Shown here one piece after another: positions 28,611 to 37,542 of a DNA stretch of 52,890 bases. Position 1 is the stretch's first letter. The number at the start of each line of letters is the position of its first letter. Below the pieces are notes generated by a model that was not told the DNA's origin, searched no databases, and worked only from the letters and a program-made list of their open reading frames with translations. A program made the translations under genes and the position numbers. The stretch lies in NCBI GenBank assembly GCA_031253545.1, contig JAIRWH010000036.1:1-52890 (forward strand), written 5' to 3'. This DNA comes from Oscillospiraceae bacterium. Lineage in GTDB: Bacteria; Bacillota; Clostridia; Oscillospirales; UBA929.

Positions 28611-29450
28611 TTGAAAAACGACTATCTGCTGTCTATCAGAGAGTTTTCGGAGCTCACGGACTTCAGCCTCACAAAGCTGCGCCACTACGACGATGTGGAG
28701 TTGTTTCAGCCGGTGTTTCGCGCGGATAACGGCTACCGCTATTACTCCGCCTTGCAAAGCATTACCATCAACTGCATCAACGTAATGAAAAGCGTGCAGC
28801 TGCCGATTAAGAAAATCAACGACATCATGAAGAAGCGGACACCGGAGAAAATCCTCGATTTTCTGAGCAAGCACGAGGTGGAGCTCAACGCCGAACTCTT
28901 CAAGCTGCAGCAGGCCTACGCGATTATCCATACTTATGTGACGCTCATACAGGAAGGTTTGCAGGCGGACGAACAAAAAATCGCCTGCCGCCGGATGGAA
29001 GCCACGCCGATAGAGATAGGCCCGCGCAATGATTTCTCCGGCAAGCGGTTCAACGACAGCTTCTTCGCGTTTTTGCAGGAAATGAGAAAACGCAGGGTAG
29101 ACTCCGCCTACCCCGCCGGCGCCTGCTACACAAGCATGGATTCGCTCCGCGAAAACCCCGGCCGCCCGGAATACTTCTTCGCGCATACGCCCGCGGGCAG
29201 AGACTTGAAGGAAAAGGGCGACTATTTGGTGGGTTACGCAAGGGGTTATTACGGCGACTTGGGCGATTTGCCGCAACGCTTGGAGGCCTACGCGAAAGCT
29301 CACGGCATGGTATTCAACGGCCCGGTGTACGAAGATTACCTCCACAACGAACTGACCGAGGAAAACCCCGATAGGTACCTCATACGCGTGGCGGCGAAGG
29401 TGAGGCATCAAAAATCGCGCCACTCCGCCTCATCGCCTAATCCGAAATAG
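28611..29450 (+). CDS. MerR-family regulator with a GyrI-like effector domain
   Basis: LSIREFS..LRHYD..LFQP..NGYRYYS and C-terminal GPVYEDYL. Confidence 0.9.
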   Translation: MKNDYLLSIREFSELTDFSLTKLRHYDDVELFQPVFRADNGYRYYSALQSITINCINVMKSVQLPIKKINDIMKKRTPEKILDFLSKHEVELNAELFKLQQAYAIIHTYVTLIQEGLQADEQKIACRRMEATPIEIGPRNDFSGKRFNDSFFAFLQEMRKRRVDSAYPAGACYTSMDSLRENPGRPEYFFAHTPAGRDLKEKGDYLVGYARGYYGDLGDLPQRLEAYAKAHGMVFNGPVYEDYLHNELTEENPDRYLIRVAAKVRHQKSRHSASSPNPK

Positions 29451-29653
29451 CCCCTCCCGCGCCGCGTGAAAGCGCGGATACTGCCGCCCTCATTCCCGCC
29501 CGCCCGTCGGGGGTGCGGGAACATGTGTGCGGACACAGCCAAAGAAACATCTCCCGCTATGTTCTCCGGCAGCGGACGGGGAACGCGCCTTTCGGGCAAG
29601 ACCGAGGGACTGCTCCCCCCGCCCCCCCGCCCCCGTCCCCTAACCACCAACCG

Positions 29654-30976
29654 CTAACGAACCCTGTTTACCCCAAACTGAAAGAGTACCCTGTTGTGCA
29701 GATATGCCTTTCCGTTTATGAGCGTTTCGCGCCCTAAATAATCCCCCGTCCAAAACTTCCCGTCCGATGCCCAGCGGTCGCTGTTGAACTCCACGCGCAT
29801 CATAATCGCCTCCGGGGGCAGCGAAAACAGCATCTCACAGGGGAACTGCCCGCCCGGCATGATTTTCACAAGCCGTTCGGAGGGTACTATATATGAGCAA
29901 AGCTCCGCGGAGCCGTCGGGCATCACGGCATAAACAAGGAAATTAGGCGTGTTTTTGTCTAAGTGAAGCAACAGCGGCGGGTTGTCTTTGCCGTTTTCCC
30001 AGAAGAAGGACAAAAGCATGCCGCCGTCTTTGCCCGGTTCGGCGCTTTCCAATGTGACAAAGCAGCCGTCCAACAGGGCGGTCTCGCCCACCTTGTGCGT
30101 GGTAACGAGCGTCTGCTCGGACGTGAGGGGATATGGCTGCCACGGGTTTTCCTCGGCCTCGCGCCGCAGCTGCCCCGCCAGCGTGAGCAACGCCACGGCG
30201 GCCGCGAGAGTAAACGCGGCGAGCGGGCGCAGCACGGGCCGCGCCGCCCTCAGGCCGGGCAAGTCGCGCAAGTCCGCCGCGTCGTCGCCGCGCACCGCCG
30301 GTCTGATATACACGCCGCAAAGCTCTTCAACGCGCGCGAGCAACTCCGGGCTGCCTTCGTAATAGAGCGGTATATCCAAATAAACCTCGCCGTCCTTGCG
30401 TTTGCCGGACGGCGGCAGGCGGGTCATTCCCTGCGGCAGACCCGTCTTGCCGGGAGGGGGTTTGCGGCTACATTCCTCGTCAAAGCGCCCGTATACGCGC
30501 AGGCGCTTGAAGGCTCTGTCGTAATCCGCGCGCGCAACCTTTTCGTAGGGCATGGTCCAATGGTAACTTTCCCGCTTCCGGGGCAGCCTGCCCGCCGCGT
30601 CAAGCGAATATATCAGTTCGTCCTCCCGCAAAAGGAGCACTTCTTTCGAGGCTTTGTCCCAACACGTAAAATGCCCGCGAAAATATACCGCCCCGTAAAG
30701 CAGCGCCACAAAGCACACAGACAGCAAGAGCAGCCAAAAGCCCGCCATAACAAGGGGCTCGGCTCTTAAAAGCCGCCCAAACAGAAGATAGGAAACCGCC
30801 GCCGAGGCGAAAGCCGCCGAGCAACCGTAGACCCTCAGCCGCCGCCACAGGGCGAAACCCGGATGCCTCATTCTTGCCGCCTGCAATATTTTCGCCCTGC
30901 GGGCCTTGTCGGGCTTGTACTCCGCCGCCGCGGCAAGCCCCCCTCCCGTCGCCGGGCACGATGCGCCTTGCGTCAT
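29654..30976 (-). CDS. Hypothetical membrane protein (about three TM segments)
   Basis: 440-aa ORF with hydrophobic segments and a probable extracytoplasmic C-terminal domain. Overlaps the upstream ORF by 4 bp. Confidence 0.7.
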   Translation of the reverse strand: MTQGASCPATGGGLAAAAEYKPDKARRAKILQAARMRHPGFALWRRLRVYGCSAAFASAAVSYLLFGRLLRAEPLVMAGFWLLLLSVCFVALLYGAVYFRGHFTCWDKASKEVLLLREDELIYSLDAAGRLPRKRESYHWTMPYEKVARADYDRAFKRLRVYGRFDEECSRKPPPGKTGLPQGMTRLPPSGKRKDGEVYLDIPLYYEGSPELLARVEELCGVYIRPAVRGDDAADLRDLPGLRAARPVLRPLAAFTLAAAVALLTLAGQLRREAEENPWQPYPLTSEQTLVTTHKVGETALLDGCFVTLESAEPGKDGGMLLSFFWENGKDNPPLLLHLDKNTPNFLVYAVMPDGSAELCSYIVPSERLVKIMPGGQFPCEMLFSLPPEAIMMRVEFNSDRWASDGKFWTGDYLGRETLINGKAYLHNRVLFQFGVNRVR

Positions 30977-31167
30977 CTCGCCAACTTATAGACGATATAT
31001 TGGTTTAGGCTCACGCCGTTTTCCTTTGCGCTCGCAAGCAGCGAATGGTGCAGCTCCTTGGGTACCCGCAGGGAGATTTTCCCGTTGCACTTGCGCCATT
31101 CGCCCGTGTCCGCGTCGCCGCAGGCGGTAAGCGCGTCGGCGGGCGGCGCGGTCTTTTCGTGTTCCAT
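30973..31167 (-). CDS. Truncated HicB-like protein (ribbon-helix-helix domain only)
   Basis: NGKISLRVPKELHHSL...AKENGVSLNQYIVYKL. The N-terminal HicB domain and hicA are absent. Confidence 0.75.
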   Translation of the reverse strand: MEHEKTAPPADALTACGDADTGEWRKCNGKISLRVPKELHHSLLASAKENGVSLNQYIVYKLAR

Positions 31168-31202
31168 GGCTCTCACCCTCTCCCGTGTGCTTGTCTGTTG
31201 AT

Positions 31203-31232
31203 ATAATAGCGTATGCGATATTATTTTGTCAA
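31203..31232 (-). promoter_or_regulatory. Promoter with an overlapping palindromic operator upstream of the HicB-like ORF
   Basis: TTGACA-18 bp-TATTAT on the minus strand, and near-palindrome ATAATAGCGTATGCGATATTAT (31203-31224). Confidence 0.65.
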
Positions 31233-31321
31233 GCGCTTCGCGGCGTGGTTAGTTGATAGTGGTTAGGAGACGGGGAGCGGGGGCGAAGCCCCCGCTCCTT
31301 TGCGGGCGGGCGGGAATGGGA

Positions 31322-31350
31322 TTGACTTATTGCCCGCGCTGTGATATAAA
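31322..31350 (+). promoter_or_regulatory. Promoter of the putative type I toxin mRNA
   Basis: TTGACT-17 bp-TATAAA with extended TG. Confidence 0.65.
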
Positions 31351-31427
31351 CCTTATGGGCGTTGCCATAACGGTAGGCGGTTAGCCGATATTCTTCCGGA
31401 GTGTTCTCACGAAGGGAGGTGAGGCTC

Positions 31428-31514
31428 ACGACTTTTTATGAGGTTCTTTACTTGCTTCTCATGGCTATCTCAGTTTATATAGCATGGAGGTCTTGGAAAG
31501 ACAACAAGAAGTGA
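31428..31514 (+). CDS. Putative type I toxin, 28-aa single-TM peptide, apparent start codon ACG
   Basis: GGAGGTG RBS, then (ACG)TFYEVLYLLLMAISVYIAWRSWKDNKK*: a hydrophobic helix with a basic tail. An in-frame GTG at 31419 overlaps the RBS. Confidence 0.7.
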   Translation, partial: TTFYEVLYLLLMAISVYIAWRSWKDNKK

Positions 31515-31586
31515 CCGCCCCAGTTCAAGGTGCGCGGTCACTTCTGTGCATCTTAGGCTAACCGCTTATCGGCGGCGCCCCTTTGT
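31500..31586 (-). ncRNA. Putative antisense antitoxin RNA
   Basis: Convergent perfect promoter TTGACA-17-TATAAT (31621-31593). The transcript would run into hairpin AGAAGTGACCGC..GCGGTCACTTCT over the toxin stop codon. Confidence 0.7.
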
Positions 31587-31675
31587 ATGCTTATTATACC
31601 GCGGGGTGAGGGGGTTGTCAAGGGGTTTTGGCGGGTAGTGGTTAGTGGGCAGGGCGCTGCTTCCCCCTCTTGCCG

Positions 31676-33133
31676 TCACGACGCGGCGGCGATTACCGCG
31701 TTATACAGCGCCGCCTTCGGCGTATCCACGGCCGAAAACAGCAGCGGCGTATATCTGCCGCGCCATGACATACCGTCGTGCAGACCCCACATGGTCACGG
31801 ACGTGATGTTCGCGCCCGCTTTTTTCTTGTCCGCCAGCAGCTTAAACAGCGCGCCGTAATAGGCGGCCTGGTCCGCCTCCGTCCTTGTGCCGGACGACCA
31901 TTGGCCGTTTAGCGTCACGTCCAATTCGGTAATCTGTATCTCATAGCCCTCCGCTTGGAACCTGTCTATCGTGGTGCCGATGGCGGCTACGGACGGGTAG
32001 CTCACGTCAAGGTGCATCTGCATACCCACGCCGTCGCAATAGCGGCCTTCGGCGTTGATTTCACCGATGAGGCTGATGATGCCGCCTGTGACCTCATATT
32101 CGTTGTAGTCGTTGTAAAACAGGCTCACGCGCTCGCGCAGGCCAAGCTCCGTGAGCGCCTCGTGGGCGTACTTGAACGCGGAGACCACAAAGTCGTTTTT
32201 GTTGCCGTAGATTCTGTTCCACCCGCCTTGCCTGTTGCTGTGGAGGTGCTCGTTCACCACGTCCCAGGCGTATACCACGCCGCCGTAGGGGCCTTGGTAC
32301 ACAAGTTTGATTACGCTCTTGACATACATCTCCAAGCGCCGCTCCATAACCTCCCGCGCCACATCGGAGCCGCCGGCGGCGTAGCCTTCCTTGAAGAGCC
32401 TCTCCGGCGTTTGGCTGTGCCACACAAGGGTGTGGTAACGCACGCCGAGGTTATTCTCATACGCGATTTTCAAGAATCTGTTGATACGGTCAATATTCAG
32501 CTCCGGCACATGGGTTTCGGCGTAGTCCGCCGGGATATGGTACCCGCGCTGCGCGGCCTCCTGCACGGTAATGAGCGTATTGCCCACGATATAGTCGGGC
32601 TTCATCTCGTTTTCCGGCGTGACGCTGTTGTAGTGCTTGAGCGTGAACGCGAGGGGCTCGCCCTGCATGACCGTGGGCGTGGCCCAATGGTAGTTGTATG
32701 TGGCCGCGCCGATGTGGCCGAATATGGGCGCGTAGACATCTTTCAGGCTCACGTTTGTCGGCGGCGCGGCCGACGGGGAAGGCGAGGGCGAAGGCGACGG
32801 GGAAGGCGAGGGCGAGGGCGGCCTTTGCTCCGAAGGGCTTGGGGAAGGCGAGGGCGAGGGCGAGGGGGAGGGGGAAGGCGAATCCTGCGGCGAGGGCGAA
32901 GGTTCCCCTGCCGACGGCGCCGGCTCCCCGCTTTGCGTCGGGTCGGTGTCCGAGGGCGAGGGGTCGCCCGGCTGGCTCGGCGCGCTGCCGGACGGGCTCT
33001 CGCCCGGCGATGCCTGCGAGGACGAGGGCGAGGACGACGGCGAGGGGCTGCCCGCCGGCGAGGGCGATGGCGACACGCCGCAAGCGGCAAGCAGCACGGC
33101 GAGGGCGAGGGCAAACAGGGTAATCTTCCTCAT
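31676..33133 (-). CDS. GH10 endo-1,4-beta-xylanase lipoprotein with a Ser/Pro linker
   Basis: Lipobox LAAC; TPENEMKP, HTLVWHSQTP, WDVVNE (acid/base), YNDYN, ITELD (nucleophile), SWR. Confidence 0.93.
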   Translation of the reverse strand: MRKITLFALALAVLLAACGVSPSPSPAGSPSPSSSPSSSQASPGESPSGSAPSQPGDPSPSDTDPTQSGEPAPSAGEPSPSPQDSPSPSPSPSPSPSPSPSEQRPPSPSPSPSPSPSPSPSAAPPTNVSLKDVYAPIFGHIGAATYNYHWATPTVMQGEPLAFTLKHYNSVTPENEMKPDYIVGNTLITVQEAAQRGYHIPADYAETHVPELNIDRINRFLKIAYENNLGVRYHTLVWHSQTPERLFKEGYAAGGSDVAREVMERRLEMYVKSVIKLVYQGPYGGVVYAWDVVNEHLHSNRQGGWNRIYGNKNDFVVSAFKYAHEALTELGLRERVSLFYNDYNEYEVTGGIISLIGEINAEGRYCDGVGMQMHLDVSYPSVAAIGTTIDRFQAEGYEIQITELDVTLNGQWSSGTRTEADQAAYYGALFKLLADKKKAGANITSVTMWGLHDGMSWRGRYTPLLFSAVDTPKAALYNAVIAAAS

Positions 33134-33361
33134 ACGGCGCACAACCTTTACCGTTATTTTCCGCGATGACCGATGATGAAGTGTAACACAAAAAGGCGCG
33201 GGCGCGCAAGGGGGGTTTCCGCTTGCAATCTGCGGGCTATTGCACAAGCGCGATACCACAAGGCAATTCCATTCCCGCCGCGTCCACAGGGAGTTACGGC
33301 CTCGCCGGGCTGCCCGCGGGCGCTCATGCGCGGCTGTCGCATACAAAAACGGACGCGCCGC

Positions 33362-33389
33362 GCAACATTTCGCCCCTTTCGGGCGTATA
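33362..33389 (+). promoter_or_regulatory. Putative ECF-type autoregulatory promoter
   Basis: GCAACA-16 bp-CGTATA. A close relative precedes the second ECF gene. Confidence 0.55.
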
Positions 33390-33432
33390 TAGGGTATAGG
33401 CAGGTTTTTGACAAACCGCGCGTAAGACGGAG

Positions 33433-33930
33433 GTGAGGGACATGGCCGCACAATCCGGCCGGCCGGCGGATTGCACGGAGGAGTTTGTGCTGCGGCACGA
33501 AAACAGGGTATATCGCGCGGCGTACGCCGTAATGGGCAACAAGGCCGACGCGGAGGACGTTACGCAGGACGTGTTTCTCAAAGTGCTCCAAAAGCCCCCG
33601 CTGTTTCAATCGCCGGAGCATGAGGCCGCCTGGCTCGTGCGGGTGGCGGTCAACCTCTGCCGCTCCCGCCTGCGCGAGGCAAAGCGCGCCCGCGCCGCGC
33701 CGCTCACGGAAGACATCGCCGCGCCCGGCGCGGGCGGCACTTCCGAAGACCTCGCGGAAGCCCTGCGTTCGCTGCCGCGCATATACAGAGCGGCCGTGTA
33801 CCTCCACTACTACGCGGGGTATTCCACAAAAGAGGCGGCAAAGATGATGCACACCAAAGAATCCACGTTCAGAAGCCTGCTTTTCCGCGCCCGCTCCAAA
33901 CTAAAAGACTATTTGACGGAAGGTGAATGA
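33433..33930 (+). CDS. ECF sigma factor
   Basis: DAEDVTQDVFLK, AWLVRVAVN, LP..YRAAVYLHYY.GYS.KE.A. Confidence 0.93.
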   Translation: MRDMAAQSGRPADCTEEFVLRHENRVYRAAYAVMGNKADAEDVTQDVFLKVLQKPPLFQSPEHEAAWLVRVAVNLCRSRLREAKRARAAPLTEDIAAPGAGGTSEDLAEALRSLPRIYRAAVYLHYYAGYSTKEAAKMMHTKESTFRSLLFRARSKLKDYLTEGE

Positions 33931-34748
33931 CTGTGAGCAAATACACAGATTACTTAGACGGCATCGCCGTGGATTCGCAAGCCCACGGGCGGATAATGAG
34001 CGCCCTGCGCGCTCCGCGCCGCGCGTGTGCGCGGCCGAAGGCCGTGTGGCTTTGGGCGGGTCTGCCCGCCTGCGCGGCGCTGATAGCGCTGGGCGTGTGC
34101 TTCGCTCCCGGCTTGCTCGGCACCCTCGCGCCCTCGCGCGTTCCCGGCGCTTCCCTCTTCCCCTCGTATACCCCCGGCGCGGCGGACTTTTCCCTATACG
34201 GGTTGCCCGTGGATAATTACAGCCTCACGGATATTCCCGGGGGCAATACGGCGGCAGACGCAGACCGTATATTGTTTAACAAATTGGCTCAGTTTGCGGG
34301 GCATAACCAAACTATGGTGGCCTTCGTGCGCGCTGCGGATACCGCGGCGTGGGAGGAAAAAGACGAATACGGCAACCGCCTGCGGCAGACCTCCCTCCTG
34401 TTGGTGCTGTCGGTGGTATGGTCACGCGACGGCGATGCCGCGCCGGGCGACACCCTTACCGTGGCGCAGAGCCTTTACGGCGGCTGCCTCGGCGACGAAA
34501 AGACCAATATGCTCCGCAAGGGCGGCGTATATCTGCTGCCGCTGGTTCGTTCCGACGGGCAATGGTATGTGATGTGCGACCTCGACGTGCTCTTCGAGGT
34601 GGACGAACACGGGCGCGTATGGTCGCATTCCGACCCGAAAAGCGGCCTGTACGAAGACTTCACCCGCTTCGATGGCAAAAATGCCTCCGAGCTCGCGCAA
34701 GCGATTACCGACATGATGCGCGACCCGGACTATGAAAAGTACGGCTGA
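33927..34748 (+). CDS. Putative membrane anti-sigma factor
   Basis: Coupled to the ECF gene (ATGA overlap). Short cytoplasmic N-terminus, one TM helix, extracellular domain. Confidence 0.7.
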   Translation: MTVSKYTDYLDGIAVDSQAHGRIMSALRAPRRACARPKAVWLWAGLPACAALIALGVCFAPGLLGTLAPSRVPGASLFPSYTPGAADFSLYGLPVDNYSLTDIPGGNTAADADRILFNKLAQFAGHNQTMVAFVRAADTAAWEEKDEYGNRLRQTSLLLVLSVVWSRDGDAAPGDTLTVAQSLYGGCLGDEKTNMLRKGGVYLLPLVRSDGQWYVMCDLDVLFEVDEHGRVWSHSDPKSGLYEDFTRFDGKNASELAQAITDMMRDPDYEKYG

Positions 34749-34763
34749 GATAAGGGCGCTTGG

Positions 34764-34797
34764 CAAAAGAGGCGCAACGTCGGTTGCGCCCCTTTTG
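34764..34797. terminator. Bidirectional terminator
   Basis: CAAAAGAGGCGCAAC-GTCG-GTTGCGCCCCTTTTG between convergent genes. Confidence 0.8.
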
Positions 34798-34800
34798 TTC

Positions 34801-36225
34801 TTATTGCGCGGGGCGCATATGTATGCCGTCCTTGTCTCGGGTGAAACAGGTAAACTGCACGTCGGTGTTTATTTTCATGGTTTCGGAGCCGATGATGATA
34901 ACCACGCCGGGGTAGGCCGTGTTTTTCACCGTGACGTTGCCGTAACCGCTGGTCTGCAAGCGGCGGGCGATGTCTTCCTTTTCGGCGGCAAGGCCGGCGA
35001 GTTTATCGCGCGAATCGGCGATTGCCGCGAGCAATTTTTCCAATTCGGGTATCCGGGCGGGGGGTAAACGCCCTTGCTGGCGCAAGCCGAGCAACACGGC
35101 GGCAAGGCGTTCGGCGGAAGCAAGGGCGGCGGCGGCTTCTTTTTCCTCGTTGGGAATCTGCTTGTTGCGTATGGTGGCGCGTATGTCGTTGCCGGCCTCA
35201 AGGGTGGTCTCCGCCCCGGCAAGCCTTGCCCCCGCCACCAAACATTCGATATTGCGCCCTGCGGACACGCGGCCGCCGATGACCGCGCCGCGCCCGCCGG
35301 ATATAAAGACGGAGCCGCCGCAAGTAACGCTGCTGCCGAGGATTGTGCCGCTGTGGATGTTGTTCTCTGCGGAGGCCTTGCCTTGGTTGATGTATTTGCA
35401 ACGTATGTCGCCGCCCGCCGCAAGCTCGGAGCCGTCTTTGCCGTTGTAGCCGCCGGAGATGAGTATGGAGCCGCCGGCATAGATGGAGCCGCCCTCCACG
35501 GAGCCGCCCACATTCACGTTGCCGTCGGCCCTCACGGTAAAGCCCGTCTGCACGGAGCCGTTGATGTTGACATGACCTACGAAGGTAATATTGCCGGTGG
35601 AAACGTCCACGTCTTCCTTCACGGAAAACGCCGCAAGCACGGATACGCGCCCGCCCGTGTTGTCTACAAAGCCGTCTATGGCGGCGCACAGCTTGGACTT
35701 ATCCTCGTTGAGCGCGGTGCCTTTGCCGCCGACGAGCTTGGCGGGCTTCACGGCGCGCGGCTGCAAAACCGCGCCGCGCACATCGGAGCCGGGTGTGCCG
35801 GGCACAGGCGGGTGCAGGGTGCATAGCTCCGTGCCCACGCGCACGTTTTCTATATGCGTGAGGGATTTGTAGTCCACTGTGCCGTCTTCGCGCAGGGCGG
35901 GCTTTTTGTCTTTGGTGGCGGTAAAGTGCGTCTCTATCCAACCGTGCTTGCCTTCCAAAGGCGGTTTACCCGTGGCGATAAGCTCCAGGCTGTCGTAGAC
36001 GGGGGAAGTGACAAGCGAAATCAAACGCCCCTCGTCTATACCGTAGACAACGCCGGTTTTGGCAAGGGCGTTTTTCAGGTCTTCGAGCGTGATACGCTCA
36101 CCGCCGTGTTGGGGTGGTGTGATTTTCGCGTAGGCATTCATGCGGTCGGCGGAGAGAAACACCTCCGCAATCGCGTCTTCGGGCAAAGGCTCGTTTTGCT
36201 GGGTAATAACGTCCATACCATTCAC
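34801..36225 (-). CDS. FapA (DUF342) family protein
   Basis: GVVYGID, IATG.PP..G, DGTVDYK, DVDVSTGNITF.G.V.I.G.V, beta-helix repeats, YPGV.I.IG. Confidence 0.88.
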   Translation of the reverse strand: MNGMDVITQQNEPLPEDAIAEVFLSADRMNAYAKITPPQHGGERITLEDLKNALAKTGVVYGIDEGRLISLVTSPVYDSLELIATGKPPLEGKHGWIETHFTATKDKKPALREDGTVDYKSLTHIENVRVGTELCTLHPPVPGTPGSDVRGAVLQPRAVKPAKLVGGKGTALNEDKSKLCAAIDGFVDNTGGRVSVLAAFSVKEDVDVSTGNITFVGHVNINGSVQTGFTVRADGNVNVGGSVEGGSIYAGGSILISGGYNGKDGSELAAGGDIRCKYINQGKASAENNIHSGTILGSSVTCGGSVFISGGRGAVIGGRVSAGRNIECLVAGARLAGAETTLEAGNDIRATIRNKQIPNEEKEAAAALASAERLAAVLLGLRQQGRLPPARIPELEKLLAAIADSRDKLAGLAAEKEDIARRLQTSGYGNVTVKNTAYPGVVIIIGSETMKINTDVQFTCFTRDKDGIHMRPAQ

Positions 36226-36249
36226 ACCCCTCGGTCGGATAGTAGCGCC

Positions 36250-37542
36250 CTAAGCGCCCGATATGGTGACTCCGGACACGCGCAGCCACGGCTGGCCGTA
36301 CATGCCGTTGGAGATAACGCAGGAGGAAACGCCTTGCACGGAGGAAAAAAGCGAAAGCAGATTGCCGGAAACCATCGTTTCGCACACGGGGCGCGAGACC
36401 GCGCCGCGCTCGATGAGGAAGCTGTTTTTTGCCACGCCGGAAAAGTCGCCGTTTTCGGCGGGGTTGCCGCCGGAAAAGCGCCCTACGAGCAGGCCGCGCT
36501 CCACGCTTTCCATAAGTTCGCCGCGCGTGAGGGTGCCGGGGAGCACACGGGCGTAGTCGCCTATGTTGCCCGCGCGGGGAAAGCCCGTTTTCTTTGAGCC
36601 GTAAAGCGAGAGCAAAAAGGTATTCAGCACCCCGCCGCCGAATATGGTGATGTCTTTGGCTCTGTAGCCGTCGGCGGTGATACGGTAGCCGCACACACCG
36701 GGCGCGGCGGGCTCGGAGACCACGGTGAGCGCCTCGCTTGCCACCTTTTGGCCGAGTTTGTCTTTGAGCGGCGAGGTACCGGCGATGAGCGCGCTGTCGG
36801 AAAGGAAAGTGGAAGCGTACATGGAAAGAAAATCGTCTAAGCAAGGGGGCGAGAGTATAATGTCTCCCGTAAACTTGCCGGGAAGGGGCGCGGCGTCTAA
36901 TTCGCGCACACTCTGCGCCACAAGCTCGCGCAGCCCCGCCTGCTCCATGAGCGGCAAGCCGAGGTCGAGCGAAAGCCCGCCCGCGCCGTTCATAGACGAG
37001 GAACGCCCGCCGCTGCGGGCCGTGAAGCCGAGGGAAAAGGCGTAATGCCCCTCGCGGCTGCGCAGGCGCACGCCGTTGGAGTTTTCAAGATATATATCCG
37101 ACGTGGTGAAAGACACGCTGCCCTCGGCGAGTATTTCCGGGTAATCGGCCCGCGCTTCGTCGAGGAACTCCGCAAGGCGGTTGTAAAGCAGCTCGTTATC
37201 GCACTCGGCCGGACCATGGTCGAAGCTGTCTTCGCCCGGCTCGACGGGGGATATATCGTTGGCATCGTCGCTCCGCGAGGAGAGCGCGGAGAGCGCGGCA
37301 TCTTTCGCGGCTTCGTCTATATCCCGCGACGAGAGGCTGTTTACGGTGAGGGAGCCCTTGCCGCCGCCGGCAATGGCGGTGAGCGTGGCGGAGGTGTTGT
37401 ATAAGGTGCGCATGAGGGTAATCTTGTTTTCCTGTATGTTAATCTCGCGTGTTTCTCCGCAACGGACGCGCGCTTGCGCCTTTTGCGCGCCGGAAACCGC
37501 CATGCCGCCAATGGCGCGGCTCGTGAGCTCATACACGGTCAC
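36250..37542 (-). CDS. TldE/PmbA family protein
   Basis: NSNGV, GGNP..GDFSGVAKNSFLIE.G..PV.ETMVSGN. No HExxxH motif; follows tldD. Confidence 0.88.
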   Translation of the reverse strand: MTVYELTSRAIGGMAVSGAQKAQARVRCGETREINIQENKITLMRTLYNTSATLTAIAGGGKGSLTVNSLSSRDIDEAAKDAALSALSSRSDDANDISPVEPGEDSFDHGPAECDNELLYNRLAEFLDEARADYPEILAEGSVSFTTSDIYLENSNGVRLRSREGHYAFSLGFTARSGGRSSSMNGAGGLSLDLGLPLMEQAGLRELVAQSVRELDAAPLPGKFTGDIILSPPCLDDFLSMYASTFLSDSALIAGTSPLKDKLGQKVASEALTVVSEPAAPGVCGYRITADGYRAKDITIFGGGVLNTFLLSLYGSKKTGFPRAGNIGDYARVLPGTLTRGELMESVERGLLVGRFSGGNPAENGDFSGVAKNSFLIERGAVSRPVCETMVSGNLLSLFSSVQGVSSCVISNGMYGQPWLRVSGVTISGA

